Assembly: GCA_000004985.1 (NCBI GenBank)
Contig: GG738861.1
Strand: one strand, 5' to 3'
DNA: 64,000 bases
Source of the DNA: Naegleria gruberi
Lineage: Eukaryota
The notes under the pieces are model-generated. The model saw nothing but the letters and a program-made list of their open reading frames with translations. It did no database searches and was not told the origin of the DNA. The stretch's first letter is position 1, and the number at the start of each line of letters is the position of its first letter. Shown in pieces: positions 46,009 through 56,969 of the stretch. The position numbers and the translations under genes are program-made.

Positions 46009-48755
46009 ATGACATCACGGGGGATCAGCAAATTGTCATCCTCATCATCGTGCTCTTTCCTTTTATTTGTATTGCTATTATCATTGGCATTACTCTTAAT
46101 TAATTGTCATGCTGTTATCGGAGGTGAGTAAAATTATCATCATTATCATATCTTTACCAAATCTAAATATTGTACATTATCAATGACACAATACAATTTC
46201 ATCATCATAATCTTCTAATAGCCACTTACAAATTCCAGAGTGAATTGAAACAAATTGAAAACGGCAAAATTGTTGGTTTAGCTCAAGTGGAATATTCCTT
46301 TGAGAAATCACAACTTTTAATCAAGACTTCCTATTCATCAGAAGAAGAAGATATCGATGAAGAAGAAGCAGATAATTTATTGAAATATCAACTAGTACAT
46401 TCCAATTCATTATATTTAAATTATACCAAGTCGTTGATTGGTATTGAGGAAACCAATGATGAACCATTGAAGAATTATACACTTCCGATTGTAATTGAAT
46501 TGGGAAATTCAATTGATGGTTCAATAATAGTTGTAAATAATACGAATTATTATGTGAAAATTCCAGATTTGTTCAAGGGAAAATATGCTTTGCAAATTGT
46601 GAATCATTCTCGTGGTGGTGTTGCTTTTGGAATTTTACAAAATACTTGTGGATCTTTATCTCCAATTCAGGATTATTCAATTACTAGTTGGAAATTGTGG
46701 TTTGTTTTGGTAACTGTTTTGGGAATGTTGATTGGTTTGATTTTTGACTTGTACAGACCTTATTTTGTAATTTTTATGGCTCTTGTTTTCTTTTTATTGA
46801 GTGGAGTTTTGACATTGAAGGAGGCATTGAATGGGTTCTCAAATGATGGATTGTTGGCTATTGCATTTCTCTTCCCAGTTGTCCAACCTCTTTCTACCAA
46901 TCCAATTTTGTTGAAATTGTCAAGTATCATGTTTGGAAAACCTTGGCTTACTCCAAGATTATCCTATTTGAGAATGTTTCTCCCAATTGCCATCTTGTCC
47001 TCAATTTTGAACAATACTCCAATTGTTGTCTTGTTTTTACCAATTATTAAGGATTGGTGCAGAGCTAATGGGTTATCTCCTTCCAAGTTTTTAATTCCAT
47101 TGAGTTATTTCACTGTTGCTGGTGGTTTGTGTACATTGATTGGTACTAGTACTAATCTGGTGGTTTCAGGATTGATGGTCAATTATGGATATAGATCCTT
47201 CTCATTCTTTGAATTTATTTATATTGGTGGAATTTTACTCGTGGCTACCTTTATTTACATGATGACATTCGGATATAGTTTATTACCTAATAAGAAGGGT
47301 GGTTTATTCAAGTATGCAACTGAGAGGGCTGAAAATTTCCTTTCCCAATTGACTGTTACGGATCCACAATCTCCTCTCTTGAGAAAGAACAAGACTAAAT
47401 TATTGGAACATTTACATTTACCTAAATTGGAAATTATTGAAGTGATTCGTCCACAAGGTCGTTTTGAAGAAAGCGCCGAATCTTTGGATGATAACATGAC
47501 GGAAAAGATTGTTCCAGTTCCAGATGATTATATTGTTCAGTTGGGAGATAAGATTTTCTTCAAGGGAAGTCCAAAGGATATTATGGCCTTGCACTCAGTT
47601 ACTGGACTTTCTGATAAATTTAAGGATACTAGTATTTTCAAAGTGATTGGTACTGAAGAATTGAGAAAATCTTTGGATGAAACTACAGTCAATTTGGATC
47701 AAAATGAAGTCACTGAGGAAAATGCTCAAGAAGAAGGATCTCAACCGCAAGCAGGTGAAAATTCCCTCACTAGATTCCCAGTTCCAAAGAGTCAATTGAA
47801 ACAAGCTTTAGGTCAAGAAGAATCAGAGCCATCCAATGATCCAGAATATTTTGAAATTGTTGTAGGAACCAGTAATCCATGTTGTGGACAGACCTACAGT
47901 GAATTCTCTCAATTCTATCAAGTTGCATTATTCGCAGTGAGACATCGTGAGTCAATTATCAAATCAACCACTGATGCCAGTGACTTTTCTGAACTCAAAG
48001 TTCAAGTTGGTGATACAGTTCTCGTTTTATGCAAGGCAGATTTCTATGAGAAACATAGAGAAAGTCTCGAATTTTTCAGCATTTCTAGATGTAGTGTCAA
48101 TCCAAAAATCGATCACAGACCATTCATTGTGAAATTTAGAGGAAGAGAGTTTAACTTGTGGTGGTGGGAATATTTAATCTTTCCAATCTTTATGGCCATG
48201 ATTATTGGAGCTAGTGCTGGAATTCCAATGGTCATTTGTGCAATGGTTGCATTTGGATTGATGGTCATTTTGAAATTGCTCTCACCAACCAAAGCTATAG
48301 CCTCTGTCGATTGGGAATTAATCATTCTGGTAGCATGTTCTTTAGGTGTTGGTACTGGTATTAGAAATTCAGGCATTTCTGAAGCATTTTCTGAACTCAT
48401 CAATGCCATGAATATTCCGGATATTATTTTGCCAGCCATCATGTTCTTCATTACTCAAACCATCACTCAGGTCATTACCAATAACAGTGCAGCAGCCACA
48501 ACTCTCCCACTCGCTCTAGCATTGGCTCAATCAAGAAATTTAAACTCTCAAATGTTTGGAATTATTGTTGCTGTTGCCTCCTCCAGTGAATTTGCAACTC
48601 CAATCGGATATCAATGCAATTTAATTATTCAAGGACCTGGTGGATATGGATTTTTGGATTATGTAAAGGTGGGTCTTCCTCTCAATATGATTTACTTTGT
48701 GCTGTGTAGTGTGTTTATTCCATTAATTTGGGGATTGAGAGAACCAAACTTTTAA
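46009..48755 (+). CDS. SLC13/ArsB-NhaD-superfamily permease with two central TrkA-C-like segments, 882 aa, 2 exons
   Basis: join(46009..46123, 46222..48755). Exon 1 encodes the signal peptide MTSRGISKLSSSSSCSFLLFVLLLSLALLLINCHAVIG. Two polytopic halves flank soluble segments containing IIEVIRPQGRF...QLGDKIFFKGSPKD and FEIVVG...VQVGDTVLVLCKADF. Confidence 0.7.
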
Positions 48756-48813
48756 TAAATCCTTAAATAATATCGTTAACAAGTTTGAAATTTAATTAAA
48801 TCTCATATTCTCT

Positions 48814-50001
48814 TTAAGGTTGAAAACAATCGAAAAATCGTTTCTTTCTCTGCAATGCTTCACATCCATATTCCTCATAATCCGCCATAGCAACAGCCAT
48901 TTCTGCGAAGGACTCAAGGGAACCAGCAATACTTCCTCCAATCCATGATGAGTAACGTCTCTCAGGAGCTGCCACCACACTTAATCTCAATGATTTTGGT
49001 ATTAATTGTGCCAAATCATGTCTAATTCTGTCTGCCAGTCCAGGAAGGAGCGAAACTCCTCCCGAAATGATAATATTATTGTAGAGACCGTAGCGAGTGT
49101 CAATGTTTGATGCTTGCATGCTGTCTTGAATAATATCAACAATTCCTGGATATTCAGAATTAATTATTTGAGGATTGAAGAGAATTTCATTACATGTGAA
49201 ATGTTCATGAGATAGATTTAACACTTGACCATCAGGTAGCTCATACTGTTGATGTCCTTCACTAGACATTCGACTATTTTCATATTCTCTATCATAATCC
49301 TCTGCAACACGACCAATTTTCCTAATCATTTGATCCACAATTGACCTATTCCCTTCCAAACAAATTCCATGATTTTCACTCAACATTTTAATCATGTAAT
49401 CTGTAACATTGGCTCCTCCAAAATTAATCCTCCTCGTTGTATTATTATCTACAAATCCCCAATAACATGGCACTATCTGAATCACACCCTCTCCCAAGCA
49501 TAAACTCAGTGCCGTCGTTGTTCCACATGCATAGACAGACATGAGAGGTTGTGGAGAGCAGGCAAACGATCCAAATCCATACTTTTCAAAGAATAATTGC
49601 ATTAAATGATTCTTCTGTGAGGAGGGTTGTAAAATTGAATCAATGAATAGTATTGATCTCGATTCATTGTCTGAAATTTCACATTCAGAATTTTGAGTAT
49701 TTTTTGAGAGAATTTCTTGAAAGGTATAATCAAGTAAAATTTCCATCAAATCCCAATTTTTAATAATTCCATTTCGGATGGGATAGTTTAGATTGAGAAT
49801 TCCTTCTCGTTTAATTGCCTGATCACCAATATAACCTGATTTCATAGTGCAATCACTAATCATGATGGGTGAATATTTAGGTGTTCCGATACAGGAAGGA
49901 AAGACACAGCTGGGTGCATCTTCTCCTGCTATGCCTGCATAGAATGTGCTTGAACCGCAATCTAAAACGAATACTTCTGGCCACTCATCACTGAATGACA
50001 T
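48814..50001 (-). CDS. Divergent actin-family (actin-related) protein, 395 aa
   Basis: VFVLDCGSSTFYAGIAGEDAPSCVFPSCIGTPK aligns with the actin N-terminus and VVAAPERRYSSWIGGSIAGSLESF with the actin C-terminus. It is too diverged for me to assign an Arp class. Confidence 0.75.
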   Translation of the reverse strand: MSFSDEWPEVFVLDCGSSTFYAGIAGEDAPSCVFPSCIGTPKYSPIMISDCTMKSGYIGDQAIKREGILNLNYPIRNGIIKNWDLMEILLDYTFQEILSKNTQNSECEISDNESRSILFIDSILQPSSQKNHLMQLFFEKYGFGSFACSPQPLMSVYACGTTTALSLCLGEGVIQIVPCYWGFVDNNTTRRINFGGANVTDYMIKMLSENHGICLEGNRSIVDQMIRKIGRVAEDYDREYENSRMSSEGHQQYELPDGQVLNLSHEHFTCNEILFNPQIINSEYPGIVDIIQDSMQASNIDTRYGLYNNIIISGGVSLLPGLADRIRHDLAQLIPKSLRLSVVAAPERRYSSWIGGSIAGSLESFAEMAVAMADYEEYGCEALQRKKRFFDCFQP

Positions 50002-50093
50002 TTTTTTTAAATTATTCTCTTATTGGAGAGATTACAAAAAAGGTATTACAAAATCAAAATATCAATGTGAATAGTTGTGTTGTTAAAATATAT

Positions 50094-51242
50094 TTACAAT
50101 TTTTGATACAAGACTACTTGAACTAATTCCTTTCCATCATTGGCATTGGAAATTTCAATAACCTTAATTAAAGATGAATAGGAATTGAGCCACAACTTGA
50201 CCTTTTCAGTGAGTGAAAGTAAAGAGCTAATTTTTTGACTCTTTGAAGTATATGGAACTGTGAATGCCTTTGAAGCAAAGAAACCAGATGGAAGACTATT
50301 GACGTATTGATAATCGGAATAGGCAGTAATGCTCAATCTAACACCCAATTTACCGACATGTTCTCTCAATTGTTGATCCTTGAATAAATCGAATGAATAC
50401 ATTGGTTGTTGTTGTTGTTCGGTGCCTGTCTTTAAAAAGTCAGCCAAAGTAAAACATGGTGAATAAGCAATAGCAGTCTTTTGGACATCCAAAAGGTTAA
50501 CCTTGGTCTTTTTCACAATAACATAAATAAAAAAGTTGTGCAATGATTTTTGTGGATCAGAATTGACAAGAGCTTCAATTCTCTCAGTGAAGGTGGATAC
50601 CTTATCTAAGGCAGTAATGTGAACCTTCAAGTCAGGTCTATAAGTGGCACTTCCTCCAATTTCATTCTTGTTAATCTTTTGAGAAATATTTGGAATTGTC
50701 TTGTGTTGGATGATCATTTCAAAAGTAATTCTTGAACTGACTTGACCCAATGCAGTTGGATGAACCAATTGGCAATCCAAAAATCCAGAATCAATAGTAT
50801 ATTCATATAAAGTTTGAGGATTTTCAATATTGCCAATTGGATTATACTTTGGTTGGAGATAGGTATTATTTCTAGTGGTTGAATTTGTGGTTGGTGTGGA
50901 GGAAATGGACATGCTATTTACAAGACTACTCAATGAATCATTAACCGTCTCGATAATACCACGGGATGGTGGTGCCTGATTGTTAGTATTATTATTATTA
51001 TCATTGGTCATAATGGTTGATTCAACTAATGGTTGTTGTTGAGAAGGGGATGATCCGACGACAACTGGTGGTAATTGTTGTTGTTGATACATTGGTTGTT
51101 GTGGCTGTTGTTGGTTATATACAGATCCACTCATGGTAGTATCAATGGATGAATACATCAGACCATTACTTTGATCATGATCATCCAACTTGACGTAGTG
51201 TTCAGTGCTTTGTGGAGGCAAGTTATTATTGTTATTGGACAT
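50094..51242 (-). CDS. Hypothetical protein with an N/Q-rich N-terminus, 382 aa
   Basis: Long ORF in a gene-dense region. No recognisable domain. Confidence 0.6.
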   Translation of the reverse strand: MSNNNNNLPPQSTEHYVKLDDHDQSNGLMYSSIDTTMSGSVYNQQQPQQPMYQQQQLPPVVVGSSPSQQQPLVESTIMTNDNNNNTNNQAPPSRGIIETVNDSLSSLVNSMSISSTPTTNSTTRNNTYLQPKYNPIGNIENPQTLYEYTIDSGFLDCQLVHPTALGQVSSRITFEMIIQHKTIPNISQKINKNEIGGSATYRPDLKVHITALDKVSTFTERIEALVNSDPQKSLHNFFIYVIVKKTKVNLLDVQKTAIAYSPCFTLADFLKTGTEQQQQPMYSFDLFKDQQLREHVGKLGVRLSITAYSDYQYVNSLPSGFFASKAFTVPYTSKSQKISSLLSLTEKVKLWLNSYSSLIKVIEISNANDGKELVQVVLYQKL

Positions 51243-52233
51243 TGAGCGGGAAAGATTTTGAGATATTTTTTAAGAGTTTTGATTTTGAATAGAGATTGGA
51301 AAAGGCTCAAAATAAAGTTTGCTTGAATTTGAAGGGAATTGGAAAGAAGATAAGGATGGAAGGTTTTGTTAAGTGAAAAGGAAGAGGAATCCAAAATGAT
51401 GATAATTGCAAATATGGATTAAGGGTGTTTGACACGTGTAAATTACATATTTTAATATTTCTTAATGATGATGATGAACATTATTGAATTTTTGTGAAAC
51501 TTTCTGATGAATTAAAATTCCTTCAAGCGTATGTATGGACAATGTATTAGAATACCACATCTCTGTAATGTGATTGGAATTGTACAATGAAACAATCAAT
51601 CTATGGAATATTCCAAACCCTACCCAGAATCCTTAATCGTCATACTGTTATTCTAACTGTATTCAGTTTATATAACTACTGGATAGGAAGACTTAATCCT
51701 AACAAACTCAAAGACCTTTATATCTCTCAATGAGCGTGCAACTTGACGATATTGATGGATGTAAAAATCGATTGATAATCAAAAATACTACAGAAATTTC
51801 CTAACTGTGTGCATTCTCACCTGTTGAAAGAGATAAAACAGTGACCTCTGCTTTATATAATTGTTATAAACATCTGTGCCGATCAATCTCTCTTGATGAT
51901 TTTAAGGATAATTCACAGGATTGATGTATAGCAGCACAATATTAGCAGAGTTTACAAAAGTATTAGTGTGAAAGGAATATTCTCCATAGCCACTGTTGTT
52001 GATAATTTCTTCAAATAGTGGTTTTTTGGCCAAAATAAAACATCTTTATATTCTTCTCAAATTATAGATTCATCCAAAAAAGTCAAAAAGACGAAAACGC
52101 GATTTTATTTGGTATCCAAAACTCATTTTTAGGCAATTTTATACTGTACTATATTTGAAAGACTCGCTATGCACTTTGTGTTCTCTCTCCAAACACATAC
52201 AAAGGCTACCCATGAAAAAAAAGCCTAAACATC

Positions 52234-54782
52234 ATGTTGGCGGCAAATTATCAAAACAACAATAGCAAGCTGAACATTTCGAAGGCTTCGTTTTCGTCTT
52301 GTGAACCAAACAAGGAAGAAGTAAGCAGCATGCTTGAACAACAACAGCAACAACAACAATCATTGAATGATTCATTGGGTGTTCTCTTGTTTCATTCCTC
52401 ATCATCAACAGCACCTCCTCCTCATACAAACAATAATTCTTCTTCACCATCCACTCCAACAAGGAGACAACCATCTGCAAGAAAACAACAACAAATTACT
52501 GAATATGAAGATGACATTGTATTCGGAAAGGCTTTGGAAGTGTTGGATCTCAAACAAGGAGTTAACAAGTCAATTGTATCATCTGCTTCTGGTTCTGTTC
52601 ATTCACCTTTTAGTGTTGTTCAACAACAACAACAGAATAAGGAATGTTTTGGAGTAAATACAAGTTCTCAATTGAATGGTGGTGGTGATCCATCAAGGAG
52701 GGCAGAGTTTAATTCACCACTTCCTTCACTCTCTCCAAAGCCATTTACTAAATTAACGAGTCAGCTCTCTTCGTCATCATCCAATTCGTCATCTTCGAAT
52801 GGATCAGAAGAGACGTTATCTTCCAATTCGAATGAGGATGGAAACTGTCTGTATGGCAGTCCAAAGAAACCAAAGACACCCACCAAAAAGACATTTGCAA
52901 CCTATGATGGTTATTTGACATCTCAATCTTTCAATTCTTGCAATTCTTCAATGAATTCAATTAGTACGGGTGGTAGCAGAATTTATGATCCATCAACTTC
53001 ACCATCCATTGTTGAAAGGAGAAGGAGTAGAACACTTGCCTCGTGTGATGCCTATCAAAAGACAATAGATGACTATCTCCATATTCAATGTATTGAGAAT
53101 TATATTCCAACCATTACTAATAATTCAACGAAATGTATACAGGTCACTTTGAAAATTGATTCCTACATTAAGGGATTCGAGAGTGAGGTACTGACTGATT
53201 GTCATCCATTAGAGCACGAATGTGTTTCTCCAACATTAAGCAAGACAAAGAAGAAGGAAAAGCCACAATTTGCGAGTGTGGTTGTTTACAAAAAGAATTG
53301 TAAAAATAAGAAACATTTAGAAACAATGTTCAAGACTATGATTCTTCCACCCAACTCTACCATCAATCTTACTCCAAACAGTTGTCAAGATACAATGTCT
53401 TTGACTGACGACTGTCATAGCCCAGACTGTGTAAAGAATGTAAAAAAGCACTATAGTTACGAGATTATATCCAAAGGATTTGTCAAGGGAAATTCGAGCC
53501 CTTCCCAATCAGATTTATTTATTCCATCACCATCTAGCAATACATACGAACAAGCAGATGGCATGATGACTAGTAGCTCTTCAGAGAGCTCGTCCACCTC
53601 CTCACCAACACAATCATTCTTTGGCAGTAGCCATTCCCTGAATAGAAACCTCTCTGTAAATGAAGAAACAAGACAATGCACCACACCACCTCCAGGTTGG
53701 AATCTAGAAAGATTGAAATTCCTGTCAATAGCAGACCACGTCGATTGACCATTGGAAGTGTTCATTATGCTGGAGAGCCTTACATACCACCTGTCATTCA
53801 TCAAATTATTCTCACCATGAAGCAACGAAGAAATATCAGAGACTTGATTAATATCATTGATAACAATATTAGAAATGATTCATTCTCAATAGAAGGTGAT
53901 TGGAGACAACGATTGGATTTTCTAATCTATTCTCCAGACTCCTTCGTGTTGATTAGAGATCAAGAATTTTTACACATGATTGGAGAAGAATTTGTTGGTT
54001 TTAGCTGTTTCACTTATGCTGCCAAGAAGAGAAGAATTGACATTCTGAAAATGCTCTGTAAGGCACAACCAAGCAAGGTATATGAAAATATTCTCCTTGA
54101 TATTGAGCAATTAGAAAAGATTATAGAACTGAAAGACAATGATGTGATTAAAATCTTGATCACTGCCCTCCAGTTCCACATTGAAAATGAAAGAAATCAA
54201 AATCTCAAATTGGAAGAAGAGGGTCAAAAGAAGAAGAAACCATCCCTTTCAATCTTATTGAAAAGACCACATCACCACCACGAAGATGATGGTATTGAAA
54301 CTGAGGCATTCATTAGAAAATATGTTGCCAGAAATTTCATTTTCATTGACAATTTGAACGCAGTGAAGGTTATTTTGGAAATGAATTTAGTCACAGTCCA
54401 AATGGCAGCAAAAATTGCTGCAACCATGTCCAAGGTTAACACTTTAAGATTCCTTCTCTCTAGAGAATACATCAAGCCATGTGATTACTTTGAGGGAGGT
54501 AATGTACTCCACTGGAGCGTTCTCAATAGAGCTTCAGATGTCATACAACTAGTTTGTGGAATGAGAGCTACCAAGAAGGGCCACCGTGTTAATGTGAAAC
54601 GAGGTAGCTCCAGTCGACTTCAACCATTCAATGGCATGACAGCATTCGAAATTGCCAAGACAGTCTATGATCAAAACAAATTGTCGGATGAGGAAAAACT
54701 GATTTATGAACATTTACAACCAACCAAAGCAGAGCTTATTAAGGGTGTTGTAGAAATTGTTGTACATAAAGTTATTCATTAA
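52234..54782 (+). CDS. Ser/Gln-rich protein with an ankyrin-like C-terminal region (two overlapping frames joined by one short intron)
   Basis: ORFs 52234..53748 and 53676..54782 overlap in different frames. A GTAAAT donor at 53656 with an acceptor at 53711 (56 nt) or 53672 (17 nt) restores one frame. The C-terminal part has weak ankyrin-type repeats (GGNVLHWSVLNRASDVIQLV, NGMTAFEIAK). Confidence 0.55.
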
Positions 54783-55237
54783 TTTATTGTCAATTTAACT
54801 CCAACATGTCCATATTCGCAATTCAAAATTCAAATGAGGTGAATGTGAGCCAAATTGGGGTAACAATTAATATTCATCTTTTTTGATCATTACTTAACTA
54901 TATTTGTACATAATAACCTGGGTTTAGAACTATGAGAATTGCGGAAGAGGTCCTCTTCATTGCTTGTACGATTATGTACAGTAATTGAGTTTGGGTACTG
55001 TCTTGTCCTTAATTAATTGATAAATTTTGCAAACAAATAAAATCGAATTCCAATTCTATTCTGGGTAGCCAAACTCACGCTGCATTACCCCAACTCTAAT
55101 ACTAATTGGTTTAAAAAAAATTAAAAATGACCCATTCTCAAAAAGAATTGGGATTAGAGGTAGTAATATTTGGATGGAAGATAGTAATTAATGTCTGGTT
55201 TTAGTGATAATCAAACAAAATGTAAAAGGAGGCTAAG

Positions 55238-55241
55238 AAAA
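55238..55241 (-). terminator. Pol III terminator (T4) downstream of the tRNA-Gly 3' fragment
   Basis: In minus-strand sense: ...TCGACGCA AACCAGTTACTTTTCTT. Confidence 0.55.
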
Positions 55242-55271
55242 GTAACTGGTTTGCGTCGACCGGGAATTGAA

Positions 55272-56605
55272 ATTTCCTTTTTTGGAATTCATTTAACTTT
55301 TAATTTTATGATGAAATTATGAATTATTTATTTTAATATTATTCATGATGTGAAACATCATGTTGAATTCTGTTCATTATTTTTAATTCATGATGTGAAA
55401 CATCATGTTGAATTATTAACAAATGTTGTTCTTCAATTTTTCATTGAATGTTGTTCTTTCAATGAATGTTGGAATAAGTGTCCAGTATATGATAGAATTG
55501 TTAATACAAGTAAGTTTTCTATTATTTTATATTTATTAATTGACTCACGGGTAATGGAATTTCCTTTTTTGTAAATCATCATGATTGATGATGATTGATG
55601 ATGATTAAATAATAATAATTTATTATTTTATAGATGATGGTACAATTAGATTTGTTAGTACATATCCTAATTGTATTTTAAAGAAAGAAAATTCACCAAC
55701 TAAAATTGAAGATATTATTCGTGAATATGAAGATGTAAAAGTTGTTTTAAATGAATTAGGTAAATCAACAACAAAAATTTATTCATCAGATACAACAAAA
55801 CATATGAATTTCCTAAAAGTTTTATTTATTTATGTAATGGTAATATTAAATATGATCAATCATTAAATATATCACAAGGAATTTATACAATTAAAATTCA
55901 AGATGATGAACATGATCACAAATATTATTATTTATTCGGAAGAGGTTTATTATTTCTATCAATTACATTACAAATGATTCCAACATTTAGTTTAAACAAG
56001 TATTATTATGAAATTGTATTGAATGATTTAAGTAACACATATTTTGATAAGAATGAAATTATTCAATATAAAATTGAAATTTTGCCATCAAATATTATTC
56101 AACAATATTCTAAACGAAAGTTTCTTGTTAGAAAAGATAGTCAAAAGAACTCAAGATTTATTACATATCAACCTGACGCTCAATCACCATCAAAGAAAAC
56201 AAAGAAGAATAACATTATTGAAAGTGATATTGAAGATTTCGATTGCAATATTAAAGATATTGATGATTGGGTATAGGGAAACGGAATTTCCTAATTGGGA
56301 ATGTCATCACACAATAAATTAAATTTATTATTTATTCATTGATGTTCACAAACTGTGAATTAACACATTACATGATGAAACAATTCAAACATTTACTCAA
56401 ACTTTAAACATTAACCATCGGGTAACGGATTTTAATACATGTACTAGTATGTTTATTAATTGGTCGACGCACATAAATTTAAATAAACAAAATTAACAAG
56501 ATTTTAAACAAAATCCTACATAGAGTTGGAGAACGGGAAATGAAATTCCCAAATTGAAATTGAGAAACAACTATTCATTTCACAATAATTCATACTATCA
56601 AAATG
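55272..56605. mobile_element. Compound insertion in the T-loop of tRNA-Gly (1334 bp)
   Basis: Flanked by a direct TTCAATT. The 56277-56605 part is homologous to the whole tRNA-Asp insertion. Extra copies of the pseudo-T-arm motif start at about 55546, 56274, 56416 and 56530. It contains AT-rich open frames on the plus strand. Confidence 0.7.
55764..56276 (+). CDS. Longest open frame inside the tRNA-Gly insertion (171 codons, first ATG at 55974); function unknown
   Basis: Open frame ...LCNGNIKYDQSLNISQGIYTIKIQDDEHDHKYYYLFGRG...KKTKKNNIIESDIEDFDCNIKDIDDWV. A possible upstream exon at 55634-55759 follows a GTAAGT...TAG intron at 55510-55633. No transposase, integrase or RT motif is recognisable. 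Confidence 0.25.
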   Translation: MNNKNLFIRYNKTYEFPKSFIYLCNGNIKYDQSLNISQGIYTIKIQDDEHDHKYYYLFGRGLLFLSITLQMIPTFSLNKYYYEIVLNDLSNTYFDKNEIIQYKIEILPSNIIQQYSKRKFLVRKDSQKNSRFITYQPDAQSPSKKTKKNNIIESDIEDFDCNIKDIDDWV

Positions 56606-56969
56606 AATTGAACCCGGGTCACGGCGATGGCAACGCCGTATTCTACCACTAAACCATCGACGCTTCTTGTTAAGATATTAAGGTTCCTTAATTTAATATA
56701 AGGAATATCCAAAATGCTTAAAGTACAACACAACAAGAATTGAGTATTCGTTTGAACATGCTGTAAAATATTTCAAATTATGCTAAGATCATTTGATGTA
56801 TTTAATGCCATAGGGCATTGAGAGCCATCATTTGAAGATTCAAATAGTATGTTCTTGATTTTATCTGATAAAGCACAAGAATAACATTTCATCCACTAAA
56901 TTTTATAAATGTTGACTGTGTTACATAATAGTATTTAATTATTATTGAAATGAGGATAACAATAAATTA

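Larger units (their letters stand above)
55252..56663 (-). tRNA. tRNA-Gly(GCC) gene split in the T-loop by a 1334-bp insertion
   Basis: 5' part, 56663->56606: GCGTCGATGGTTTAGTGGTAGAATACGGCGTTGCCATCGCCGTGACCCGGGTTCAATT. 3' part, 55271->55252: TTCAATTCCCGGTCGACGCA. Joining them at the duplicated TTCAATT gives a 71-nt tRNA with a perfect acceptor stem (GCGTCGA/TCGACGC) and T stem. Confidence 0.9.
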
